From an uncultured virus (IMG/VR IMGVR_UViG_3300038321_000417) (Duplodnaviria > Heunggongvirae > Uroviricota > Caudoviricetes): DNA of 20,000 nt. Location: the IMG/VR virus record IMGVR_UViG_3300038321_000417, one strand, 5' to 3'. Both the position numbers and the translations under genes were made by a program. The notes under the pieces were generated by a model that saw only the letters and a list, made by a program, of their open reading frames with translations, made no database searches and had not been told where the DNA came from. Positions 1 through 7,841 of this stretch are shown one piece after another (position 1 is the first letter of the stretch; every line of letters starts with the position of its first letter).

Positions 1-567
1 TAACTTTTTTATGCCCAAATCTACCCCTACTGTCGCACCCCCTAAATTAGGTTTATGTTCCTCAACCTCAAAAGAGTAGCTTAGATACCAGTACTTCCCG
101 TCAAAACTTACTCTTGGGTTATTGGCTGGAAATACTATGTTATTAGGTCTGATTCTTACAAACTCTTTTATCCCTGTTAGTTTTATGTGTTCGCTGTCTA
201 CCTGACGAAAGTTATCAGTCCTCTGGTAAAAAGACTCTGTACACTTACCTTTTTTCTTAAACTTAGGAAAACCTATGTTCCCACGTTTAAAAAAGTTTTT
301 ATACGCAGTATCTAAGTCCTTTATTGCCTGTTTTGTGACAGCTTCAGGAACATCCAATAACCAAGCATACCGTTCAGTCTCGTATTTAAGACTTTTAACA
401 AAGTCAATTAAATTTTGAGTAGTTAAACTCTCGTTATATTCCCTGTAATACTCAATTTTTAATCCTAACGCATAATTGTATACGAATCTTGCTGCTCCTG
501 CAAATTGTTTAAACTTTGTCTCTTGATCAGGTGTAGGAAATAGTCTTATTTTTTCAGATACCATCAT
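1..567 (-). CDS. tnpB: RNA-guided endonuclease TnpB (IS200/IS605/IS607 OrfB), 3'-truncated by window edge
   Basis: Not in the ORF track; translated by hand: MMVSEKIRLFPTPDQETKFKQFAGAARFVYNYALG...QAIKDLDTAYKNFFKRGNIGFPKFKKKG...WYLSYSFEV...TVGVDLGIKKL. This has the OrfB N-terminal motif, FPKFK and the RuvC-I motif GVDLG. Confidence 0.95.
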   Translation of the reverse strand, partial: MMVSEKIRLFPTPDQETKFKQFAGAARFVYNYALGLKIEYYREYNESLTTQNLIDFVKSLKYETERYAWLLDVPEAVTKQAIKDLDTAYKNFFKRGNIGFPKFKKKGKCTESFYQRTDNFRQVDSEHIKLTGIKEFVRIRPNNIVFPANNPRVSFDGKYWYLSYSFEVEEHKPNLGGATVGVDLGIKKL

Positions 568-1181
568 AACTCCCCAACTCCCTCAGATAACGCTTTTATT
601 ATCTCTCTTGTTTTTCTTACTCTTTTCCCTTGTAGCCTACAACTAAATACAGTTATTATTTGTATTAAATCTTCAACTAACTCCTGCTGTTCAGTCTTTT
701 CTGTATTGTCTATTATTTCTATTTCTGTCCCGAACTTAGCACAAATAAATTCAATAATTTCAAAACCAAACCTCAATAATCTATCCTTGTATAGTATTAC
801 AACCTTATCCACTTCACCCGAAGTTATACTATCAAGGAGTTTTTTGAACCCTGGCTTAGTATAGTTTATACCAGAACCTATGTCTGTTATCAAACTAAAT
901 TGATACCCCTTTGCTAACATATATGTTTTAACATTTTCTATTTGCCGTTCCAAGTCATCCTTTTGTTTGTGAGAAGAAACCCTACAGTACCCTATGATTA
1001 CTCTCGGTACTTTAAAAACAGGCTCATTCAGATACTTCCTTAACTGACTGTCTGAATAATACCTTGTCCCACCGTCTGTCACTTTAGCCGGTTTTAATTT
1101 TCCACTAGAGTCCCAGTTTCTTAATGTTTGTACTGAAACCCCTATTTTTTTAGCAAACTTGCCAATACTATATAATTCCAC
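564..1181 (-). CDS. tnpA: IS607-family transposase (MerR-HTH + serine recombinase)
   Basis: N-terminal IGKFAKKIGVSVQTLRNWD (MerR HTH), catalytic YCRVSS, DIGSGIN, DRLLRFGFE, ELVEDLIQIITVFSCRLQG. Confidence 0.96.
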   Translation of the reverse strand: MELYSIGKFAKKIGVSVQTLRNWDSSGKLKPAKVTDGGTRYYSDSQLRKYLNEPVFKVPRVIIGYCRVSSHKQKDDLERQIENVKTYMLAKGYQFSLITDIGSGINYTKPGFKKLLDSITSGEVDKVVILYKDRLLRFGFEIIEFICAKFGTEIEIIDNTEKTEQQELVEDLIQIITVFSCRLQGKRVRKTREIIKALSEGVGEL

Positions 1182-1203
1182 AGTTATATAATCCCACCTC
1201 TAA

Positions 1204-1234
1204 CATAATTATAGCATAATTATAGCATAAATAG
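1204..1234. repeat. Tandem 11-bp direct repeats at the IS607 left end (candidate TnpA binding sites)
   Basis: CATAATTATAG at 1204-1214 and 1215-1225, plus degenerate CATAAATAG at 1226-1234. Confidence 0.7.
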
Positions 1235-1247
1235 CTATAAAAATCAA
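1219..1247 (-). promoter_or_regulatory. SigA-type promoter for tnpA-tnpB
   Basis: Minus strand TTGATT-N17-TATAAT with TG extended -10, followed by SD GAGGTG. Confidence 0.7.
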
Positions 1248-1294
1248 CATCTTTTTATAGATATTATAATATTATTTTACATTTGATCCTACTG

Positions 1295-1576
1295 TTAAAT
1301 AACCCCTGCGTAAAGCGTTCTCTTTGTCCGCTTCATAGCAAATTCTTCCATCACTCCTGTGATAAACTCTATCGCTTCTTTTTCTTCATTAGTGTATTCA
1401 ATAGGTAAAACTGTATCATGATCTATTACATGTTCTAATTGTGTTCTTATCGGTACAAATCTGCCAAGAATGTTAATAACATAATTATCATCTGCTTTAA
1501 ATTCTTTTTTTCGTGTGATTAACGCTTTTATTGTTTTATATGAATAAAACATTTGTTTATATGCGTATGTTTCCAT
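1295..1576 (-). CDS. Hypothetical protein (93 aa)
   Basis: ATG with GGAGG SD, in line with neighbouring genes. Confidence 0.75.
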   Translation of the reverse strand: METYAYKQMFYSYKTIKALITRKKEFKADDNYVINILGRFVPIRTQLEHVIDHDTVLPIEYTNEEKEAIEFITGVMEEFAMKRTKRTLYAGVI

Positions 1577-1593
1577 CAGTTAAAGTCCTCCAA

Positions 1594-2415
1594 TTAATCA
1601 ATGCATGTCTGCTCCATTTTAGCTATTCTTGCTTGCGTAAATTCATCTTTACTTAATTTGTAACGTTTTAAAACGCCCGGAGCTGTTAATGGATTACGTA
1701 TGTAGGTATCCGAATAGCTTAATAAGAAAGTCAATGAATGTGGTCTATCGTAAACAGAATACTCTTTACACTGTATGAATATAAACTCTGAATTCTCGTT
1801 CAATATTTCTTCCGATAGTAATAAACTAGCACAATTGTCTCTGTATTTACCTAAAACCTCACATATAGTCGATTCCATGTTTTCGTACGAATCATCATAC
1901 CTAAAATACCCCTGGAATCTGCATATAAAAGGTCTTATGTCATAGATAGAACATTGACCAACTTCATTTAAAAACAAACAAGGGCTGTCTTCATGGGTTG
2001 TTTTGCACTTACCTGTAGCTTTGAGATAGCGGTTAAACACGTCAATGCCGCCCTCTTCCATGTTTTCTTCGTACTCCGCCGTCTCTTTATTGTGTTCTCT
2101 GAATTTTTCCCACTTTACTTTTGCTTTACTTGTCAACTCTTGCCATTTATTTAGCCCGTAACGTTTTGTGTATTCATAAGCAATATAGTCAAACTCGGTA
2201 CTCGATATTGCAAAATAATGATTACAACAAGTGTTACAGGATTCCCTACACAAGTTGCACTTACCGTTTGCTTTTCCCTCTAAGATGATAGCGTCCAGCT
2301 TTTTATAATAGTTAATTAAACCCGCTATTAAACTGTCTGGATTTATGTCGGGATGGCACCTCTTATATTTCTTTCCAGAACCACAAAAACAAAGATCGTT
2401 CCTGCCTAATGTCAT
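1594..2415 (-). CDS. SEC-C metal-binding motif + YkgJ/FliB-like CxxxCxxCC cysteine-cluster protein
   Basis: GRNDLCFCGSGKKYKRCH (SEC-C), CRESCNTCC, CLFLNEVGQCSIYDIRPFICR. Confidence 0.88.
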   Translation of the reverse strand: MTLGRNDLCFCGSGKKYKRCHPDINPDSLIAGLINYYKKLDAIILEGKANGKCNLCRESCNTCCNHYFAISSTEFDYIAYEYTKRYGLNKWQELTSKAKVKWEKFREHNKETAEYEENMEEGGIDVFNRYLKATGKCKTTHEDSPCLFLNEVGQCSIYDIRPFICRFQGYFRYDDSYENMESTICEVLGKYRDNCASLLLSEEILNENSEFIFIQCKEYSVYDRPHSLTFLLSYSDTYIRNPLTAPGVLKRYKLSKDEFTQARIAKMEQTCID

Positions 2416-2440
2416 AAAGTGATACTCCTTTACTCATGTA

Positions 2441-2671
2441 CTATTTTGGAAGATAACCTGTTAGGGATTGCTTACATCTATAAATGTAAGCATTTTTGCT
2501 TTCTGCTCTAATGTATCTTTTGACCGATTCGTTTTGTTTTAGCTCTTCAAGTTCATTCAAGAATGGTTCTGCAAGCTCATCAAGTTCTTTTTTAATTTCG
2601 GAAATCCCTTTAATGTCATACATAATCGCCTTGTCTATTAATCGCTCGACTTGTTTGATTAATTTTTCCAT
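2441..2671 (-). CDS. Hypothetical helical protein (76 aa)
   Basis: ATG with GAGGGAG SD; coiled-coil-like composition. Confidence 0.65.
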   Translation of the reverse strand: MEKLIKQVERLIDKAIMYDIKGISEIKKELDELAEPFLNELEELKQNESVKRYIRAESKNAYIYRCKQSLTGYLPK

Positions 2672-2768
2672 AAAATCACTCCCTCACAGTAGACTTATTG
2701 CGTTCCGGAGTCCTTTCTGCTGTCATGACAAGGCGTCTAACAAGCCAGCAATAACCAGTTCTAGGCGC

Positions 2769-2930
2769 TTACTTCCTGTTATCAGTTACTATAGCCATGT
2801 ATTTACACTTAGGACAAAAAGCATTTCCTGTTTCTTCATCTATATTACAGGTCTTTATAATATCTTGATCTGTTGTGCAAAAACCACAGTTTATACATTC
2901 TAATTCAAATTGTTCACTTTCATTTTTCAT
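2769..2930 (-). CDS. Small zinc-ribbon protein
   Basis: CINC...CPKC. Start moved to the ATG at 2930 (MKNESEQF), which follows an AAGGGG SD. Confidence 0.7.
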   Translation of the reverse strand: MKNESEQFELECINCGFCTTDQDIIKTCNIDEETGNAFCPKCKYMAIVTDNRK

Positions 2931-3005
2931 TTTAGTGCATCCGCCCCTTTTCAAATTACTTTATTTTTATATAATAATGTAGTGTCGGAATCTACGATAT
3001 AATGT

Positions 3006-3266
3006 CTAAATTTTTGTCTCTAAATCTGTTAAAAACTTAGGCAAGCCTTTTCTCACAATCTCGACCGATGCCCTTTGTATAACTTTGTCTATAATTTCAT
3101 CTTTTTTAGCGTAAATGTACTCTTTGATAGCTTTCTCTACGCCAGTTTTAACACCATAGTTTGCGTCAGAATATTCACCTGAGTACTTTGTTACAATACG
3201 CTTTGCAATCTCCAATTCTACTAATTCAGTTATACGCTTTTCATTAATTTCAATTTCTAACTTCAT
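3006..3266 (-). CDS. Hypothetical phage-type protein (86 aa)
   Basis: ATG with GAGGTG SD. Confidence 0.75.
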   Translation of the reverse strand: MKLEIEINEKRITELVELEIAKRIVTKYSGEYSDANYGVKTGVEKAIKEYIYAKKDEIIDKVIQRASVEIVRKGLPKFLTDLETKI

Positions 3267-3315
3267 TGTCTGCCCACCTCACTTTTTAATATAAAAACTT
3301 GTTATTCACAGTTAC

Positions 3316-3477
3316 CTATCGCCTATCGCCCACTTCTTCAAGCACCCCTAATATTTCAGCCACCAACATTCCTGTCGCCAATACCGTCACAGATTGTAAC
3401 ACTAAACTTAACATACAAGCTATTATCCTTGTTGCCGACTTAACAAACGAGATATACAAGTGCCACTTACTGTTCAT
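3316..3477 (-). CDS. Small two-TM membrane protein (53 aa), missed by the ORF track
   Basis: MNSKWHLYISFVKSATRIIACMLSLVLQSVTVLATGMLVAEILGVLEEVGDRR*. AAAGGGTG SD; fills the gap on the coding strand. Confidence 0.75.
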   Translation of the reverse strand: MNSKWHLYISFVKSATRIIACMLSLVLQSVTVLATGMLVAEILGVLEEVGDRR

Positions 3478-3542
3478 TTTTTTCACCCTTTCTGCTTTAC
3501 AATAACCAACTTGTCACCTAAATCAGTTATTGTGCCTGTATT

Positions 3543-3929
3543 TTAGTCTCTCAGCTTTATGTCTTTATACTCAACAATATCCCCTTTAAACCTAATCCAG
3601 TAAAAATCATCCCATTGCTGTCCTCTTGTTTTTATACAAATTAAGTACGGATTGTACTCTTTAAGCCCTAATTCCTTAAGTAATTCATCACAGTTGGCTC
3701 TTGTACGGGGAAAACACCTGTCCTCGAAAAACTTCATTAGCGTAAACATATCTTTCCTGTCTTGAGGCATAGGTACATCCAAGAAGTGATCAGTATATAC
3801 ATCTTGAATAACAAGATTTTTACGACTATTCGCAATAACATGAGCAACTTTACGATCTTTACACATATAGTCGAATTCTATAATCGTTGTAACGTTCAGT
3901 AACTTATCTACTTTTTTATTTTGACCTAT
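3543..3929 (-). CDS. HipA N-terminal-domain-like (HipS-like) protein, stand-alone; start uncertain (ATG 3866 or ATA 3929)
   Basis: FFEDRCFPRTRANCDELLKELGLKEYNPYLICIKTRGQQWDDFYWIRF resembles the Firmicutes HipA-N-type motif as recalled. The frame is open from the upstream stop at 3945, and ATG 3866 lacks an SD. Confidence 0.6.
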   Translation of the reverse strand: MGQNKKVDKLLNVTTIIEFDYMCKDRKVAHVIANSRKNLVIQDVYTDHFLDVPMPQDRKDMFTLMKFFEDRCFPRTRANCDELLKELGLKEYNPYLICIKTRGQQWDDFYWIRFKGDIVEYKDIKLRD

Positions 3930-3944
3930 GAAATCCCAGCCCTC

Positions 3945-4340
3945 TTACACTCTGTCTAATGTGTTCGCTGTTGTAAATATATTTCTCATTCTAAACTCAA
4001 ATGGAGATTCAGCTAGTAATACTAGTCTTAACTCATTTTGAGCGTCTAACGCAAAATAAGGATATGTTAAGAAATATTTCTCTTTAAATACCCACTCAGG
4101 TATCCCCACTTCATAGTCAGAACATATTTTTTGTACTGCTCCGGATATAAAAGCGTAATCTCTTTCCGCTATGTTTTCAAATTGTTCCGGCTCTTCTCTA
4201 ACCAGTTCAAATCTCTCTTTTGTTGTTCTGCTCTCAGAATAGAAATGATCTAAAAAGTCCCCAAAGTATATCCACATATTTACTTTAGGGTTAGTATTTT
4301 TTGCTGTAAGTTCAATTACTTCCTTTATTGTGTACCGCAT
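3945..4340 (-). CDS. Putative partner/antitoxin of a DUF6036-type nucleotidyltransferase module
   Basis: Motifs FGDFLDHFY, AFISGAVQKIC, PEWVFKEKYFLTYPYF, ESPFEFRMRNIF..N.L.RV. Family link is recalled, not searched. Confidence 0.5.
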   Translation of the reverse strand: MRYTIKEVIELTAKNTNPKVNMWIYFGDFLDHFYSESRTTKERFELVREEPEQFENIAERDYAFISGAVQKICSDYEVGIPEWVFKEKYFLTYPYFALDAQNELRLVLLAESPFEFRMRNIFTTANTLDRV

Positions 4341-4341
4341 T

Positions 4342-4458
4342 TCATTCTCCCAGTAACTCCATTAACATGTAAAATGTCTTAGGTAAAATTCTGTTCCTAG
4401 CCAATACAACAAATGTTCTTGCAACTCTTAGGTTAGTAAGCGTGTCATAATCTTTCAT
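4342..4458 (-). pseudogene. 38-codon ORF, possible C-terminal remnant of a nucleotidyltransferase gene
   Basis: MKDYDTLTNLRVARTFVVLARNRILPKTFYMLMELLGE*. ATGA overlap with the upstream gene; its stop lies 1 nt before the next ATG. Confidence 0.35.
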
Positions 4459-4670
4459 TCAATCCACTCCCTTTTTCTTTCTGCGTCACGCACAGTATTG
4501 TAGAGTAAAATCGACCTTACCATTACAACTACTGTAACTAACAGTATCACAGATAAGAATACACTCCGTACCGTTACGGTATTTAAAAGCGTAATTATTC
4601 CTATGAATATTGCTAAATACCTACAAAGTAATGCTTTTTCAATTACGGTCTTATTTTTCATCATATTCAC
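4455..4670 (-). CDS. Small two-TM membrane protein (71 aa)
   Basis: Two hydrophobic segments with basic flanks; GAGGCGG SD. Confidence 0.7.
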   Translation of the reverse strand: MNMMKNKTVIEKALLCRYLAIFIGIITLLNTVTVRSVFLSVILLVTVVVMVRSILLYNTVRDAERKREWIE

Positions 4671-4722
4671 CGCCTCAATGTCTTCATTTTATTTTTTCCC
4701 TCTCTAAGTGACATGTAGGGTA

Positions 4723-4932
4723 TTATTTCTCCCTGTGTTTTATATGCCAAATTAAGTTCAACACAAGCATACATACTAAGGTTAGAGTGTACGCAATAAT
4801 CTCATAGTCAACACTTCTTATCAATGCTACTACTAATAAAGTAAGCACTAAAAATGATACCCTGTCTAACCCCTTGATATAATTCAACTTTATTTTTTTC
4901 GTGTAGTATAACTCTTTAAGCTTTTGCTTCAC
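4723..4932 (-). CDS. Small two-TM membrane protein (69 aa)
   Basis: Two hydrophobic segments. YEIIAYTLTLVCML resembles YEILAYSICLLAVI of the neighbouring gene. Confidence 0.7.
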   Translation of the reverse strand: MKQKLKELYYTKKIKLNYIKGLDRVSFLVLTLLVVALIRSVDYEIIAYTLTLVCMLVLNLIWHIKHREK

Positions 4933-5129
4933 TCCGCATCAACCTTTTCCCCAATTTTCTTTTTCTGTTCTTTACAGTACAATAAGTCCATTACAATTAC
5001 CGCCAATAAACATATGCTGTACGCTAATATTTCATAAAATGAACCGTTTAGCACCCCTATAGCTATTCTTGTGGCAATGAAAAAGTAAATTAAGCCAATC
5101 CAATAACCAAATCCTAATTTTTTCTTCAT
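4929..5129 (-). CDS. Small two-TM membrane protein (66 aa)
   Basis: Two hydrophobic segments; AAAGGGGA SD. Confidence 0.75.
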   Translation of the reverse strand: MKKKLGFGYWIGLIYFFIATRIAIGVLNGSFYEILAYSICLLAVIVMDLLYCKEQKKKIGEKVDAE

Positions 5130-5209
5130 TTAAAATATCCCCTTTTTCAATTTATACATCTATACTCAACCTGCGGCTAACAAGTTAGCAAGCAATACCG
5201 CCACTAACT

Positions 5210-5237
5210 AAAAAAGCCCCATAATACTATATGTGGC
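5210..5237 (-). terminator. Rho-independent terminator (imperfect stem)
   Basis: Minus strand GCCACATA-loop-TATGGGGC-TTTTTT directly after the stop at 5245. Confidence 0.55.
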
Positions 5238-5244
5238 GTAATAC

Positions 5245-5661
5245 TTAAATTAGTTCGCCTGTGATTTCTTTTCTATATACAACTTTCTGTCCCACATCCC
5301 CCTTAGTTACGTATAGTCGTATATTATTTAGATTGTTCGACTTTAACTTGTTTACATAATCAGTATAAAGCATAACCCTAGGAACACACATTAAGTCTAT
5401 AACAATTTTAACACCATTAAGTTTTGTTACGCACACCGTGTGATAGTAATATTTTTCAGATACAGCCACAGGTAAGTTAAAAGTAGCTATGTTTCCGACT
5501 AGTGTCTTTGCAAAAAACGTCACTAAATACCCCCTACTTATTGTCCTCACTACACGTTCAGCCATTTCAGAACAGTCTTCATTTGGATGCATAATGTTCA
5601 TACCCTGTACTTTTTTAATAACACTTAAATATTTATCATTTACACTTTCTTTTCTTTTCAT
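5245..5661 (-). CDS. Papain-fold (Tox-PL/transglutaminase-like) protein with intact Cys30-His74-Asp89 triad
   Basis: DCSEMAE ... YYYHTV ... VID motif order, typical of small papain-fold thiol enzymes. Confidence 0.65.
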   Translation of the reverse strand: MKRKESVNDKYLSVIKKVQGMNIMHPNEDCSEMAERVVRTISRGYLVTFFAKTLVGNIATFNLPVAVSEKYYYHTVCVTKLNGVKIVIDLMCVPRVMLYTDYVNKLKSNNLNNIRLYVTKGDVGQKVVYRKEITGELI

Positions 5662-5671
5662 TTTTGATCAC

Positions 5672-6280
5672 TTAGGTTAAACCATATAGAAACGGTCTTA
5701 CATCAATATACTTTGAAGCGTCATCTATATAGTAGTTATCCGCATCAAATGCAGTTACCTTTAATACCCCTTTCCCCTTTATTCCCTCTTTTGATTGTCC
5801 CGCTATTAATGCAAAACCTCTCTTGTCCCCTATTAGTGCAATCGAATACTTCTCTTTGCCATAAGCATTTAAACTACTCATGACATTAAATTGTGTAGTA
5901 GTGTTTATCGCCACTGAGCCTATTTCTGTTATTGCCGAACGTTGATTTTTTATTACAATGTTAAATACCCCTTTTATCCCTGGAAATATACTCAGCCCAT
6001 CTATTCTCTGTTTACATTTTATGTTTCTTACATTTGTAAATACAGGTAAGATTACATCAGGTTGTCTGGAACAATCAATTATCTGTCTACCAGATAGTAT
6101 AGACTTATAAACCTCATTGTAAACCCTTTTTGCACCATTTTTTTCGTTAACTTCAATGTCTTTTAACATATCCTGTGATGCATATCTCACAACAGTCTCA
6201 GCTTCATTGAAGTACTCCCCCATGTTTGGAAATGATAAATACGAGTATTTAACTGTGTTTATTATTTTACCTAAATTCAT
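5672..6280 (-). CDS. Hypothetical protein (202 aa)
   Basis: ATG with AGGAGAGG SD; no motif recognised. Confidence 0.8.
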   Translation of the reverse strand: MNLGKIINTVKYSYLSFPNMGEYFNEAETVVRYASQDMLKDIEVNEKNGAKRVYNEVYKSILSGRQIIDCSRQPDVILPVFTNVRNIKCKQRIDGLSIFPGIKGVFNIVIKNQRSAITEIGSVAINTTTQFNVMSSLNAYGKEKYSIALIGDKRGFALIAGQSKEGIKGKGVLKVTAFDADNYYIDDASKYIDVRPFLYGLT

Positions 6281-6299
6281 ATGTCTGCCTCTCCTTTAG

Positions 6300-6884
6300 T
6301 CATGTTATTTGCCAAAAAACTATATCTTTATTTCGTATACCTACCTCTGTCGGATACTTTGTAATTTCAAGCCACTTATCAAATATCTCATAAGTGTACA
6401 GTTCTTCCAGAACATGTTTTATATTCCTTTTGTCAATCGTATTCCGATTATTGTAAACTTCCCAATCCCTTACACCGCCCTTAATATTGCCTGAACAAGA
6501 CAGTAAAGAATGTCTGTACATGTGCCTAAGAGGTATTTTCAAGTCAGAAGCTTCAAATACAAAGTCACCGTTTCGAGATAATTTTACAACCATGTTATAA
6601 CTTTGAATGTTATCGTATTTTATACCATCACTAACAATTAGTCGATAACCAGAATTAACAGATTCTTGCCAGATTTCCTTAATTCTTAGTTTATCTATGC
6701 CAATGTTGAATATGTAGAAAGGCATATCTTTTGTTATTTCCCTATGAGCTGTTCTGATGGTGCAATATTTTAAATTAATAAGTAAGTCTTCAAACTCTAT
6801 ATATGTTGTTGGGATGTAAAATGAATGTACATTTAACCCTTTGTCTACAAGCTTGTTTAAAGAATTTATTTTTTCGTAAAGCAT
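6300..6884 (-). CDS. Hypothetical protein, possible minimal ATP-grasp (PPDK-N-like) fold
   Basis: KINSLNKLVDKGLNV, IRT, and C-terminal WLEITKYPTEVGIRNKDIVFWQI parallel the K..L..L...G..VP / VRS / IEW...ILQ motifs. Confidence 0.45.
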   Translation of the reverse strand: MLYEKINSLNKLVDKGLNVHSFYIPTTYIEFEDLLINLKYCTIRTAHREITKDMPFYIFNIGIDKLRIKEIWQESVNSGYRLIVSDGIKYDNIQSYNMVVKLSRNGDFVFEASDLKIPLRHMYRHSLLSCSGNIKGGVRDWEVYNNRNTIDKRNIKHVLEELYTYEIFDKWLEITKYPTEVGIRNKDIVFWQIT

Positions 6885-6916
6885 ACTTTCTCCACTCCAT
6901 TAACTAAACTATGTAC

Positions 6917-7264
6917 TTAGCCTAACCTCTGTCCACAGTGCCTACAAAATTTATCGTCTTTTGCCACTCTACTGTCGCACCTTGTACAATAATAGTATTT
7001 TCTTCCATCATAGATTCTGTAACCTACAAGCCTAACGTCTGACAAGTTATTTCCCATTGTTACTAAAGGTTTCGATGGCGATATCCTAAACTGTCCCTGT
7101 TCCCAATCAAACCCTAATCCTGCATGTTCTACTCTACTTGAAGCTCTTGCACCTACTGATGCATCTGAAAGTGTAATAAGCACTTCAATGTCTTCTGCTT
7201 TTTGATAGTCTCTAAGCCTCGATATTGTCAAGTCTACTATGATTTTTAGCATACTTAGTTTCAT
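6917..7264 (-). CDS. Phage-type protein with C-terminal zinc ribbon
   Basis: CTRC...CRHCGQRL. Confidence 0.75.
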   Translation of the reverse strand: MKLSMLKIIVDLTISRLRDYQKAEDIEVLITLSDASVGARASSRVEHAGLGFDWEQGQFRISPSKPLVTMGNNLSDVRLVGYRIYDGRKYYYCTRCDSRVAKDDKFCRHCGQRLG

Positions 7265-7282
7265 GTTAATACCTTCTGCTCT

Positions 7283-7555
7283 CTACTCTTGTACACATTC
7301 CATTACTGGAAAACTACCGCTGACGTGTTTCGTTAACAACACCATTCTCCTGTTAGGCAGTACCTTGTACCATCCCTTACGAAATGAAGTATATTTTGAC
7401 ACTTCGCTTTCGTATTCATTTTTTAAGTACTCTGTAGCAACGCCTTTCCACTGTTCCATATCAATGTGTCCTCTGTAAAAGAAACCTATAACACCACAGT
7501 CCCCAAAATTTAAAGGTTCTATTTTGAAATAAATATCATCTGACACTAACAACAA
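7283..7555 (-). CDS. Hypothetical protein (~87-90 aa; GTG at 7546 may be the true start)
   Basis: Co-directional ORF with AAGGGG SD. Confidence 0.7.
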   Translation of the reverse strand: MLLVSDDIYFKIEPLNFGDCGVIGFFYRGHIDMEQWKGVATEYLKNEYESEVSKYTSFRKGWYKVLPNRRMVLLTKHVSGSFPVMECVQE

Positions 7556-7841
7556 CCCCTTGTCAATAAAATTATAAGGGAAAGGCGGCTTTTCCCCTTT
7601 AACAAGATGTGATACTTAGAAAGTACTCTCACTTCCCCTGTTTATATTTTATGCCGCCATTGTAAACATTATTTAAGTGTATTGTTGCCACTATCAAAGC
7701 TGTACAACACCCAGTACCAGTCCTTACCTGTATTTAACCGCTTATTCCGCTACAGCCTTTCCAATTTCAATTTAATCCCTTATAACTTTTGTCATAATTA
7801 GTTGACCGGTACAACTCCTTACAAGATTAAATTTAAACTTG

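Larger units (their letters stand above)
1..1289 (-). mobile_element. IS607-family insertion sequence (left end, tnpA and 5' part of tnpB; right end outside window)
   Basis: MerR-HTH serine recombinase overlaps a TnpB ORF (ATGA). Short direct repeats lie upstream of tnpA. A GG dinucleotide at ~1288-1289, just after the stop of the flanking gene, is a plausible left boundary (inferred). Confidence 0.85.

Noticed and set aside
3867..3947. In-frame continuity across the TAA at 3945 suggesting readthrough or stop-codon recoding
   Set aside because: TAA, TAG and TGA all end well-defined genes here and long genes are uninterrupted. An alternative start codon explains it more simply.
2735..5200. 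Two similar intergenic motifs (TATTGCT...CTTGTTAG[AC]CGC, ~2735-2760 and ~5172-5200) suggesting attC-like cassette sites
   Set aside because: Only two short, degenerate copies, with no complete R''/L''/L'/R' architecture and no integrase in the window.
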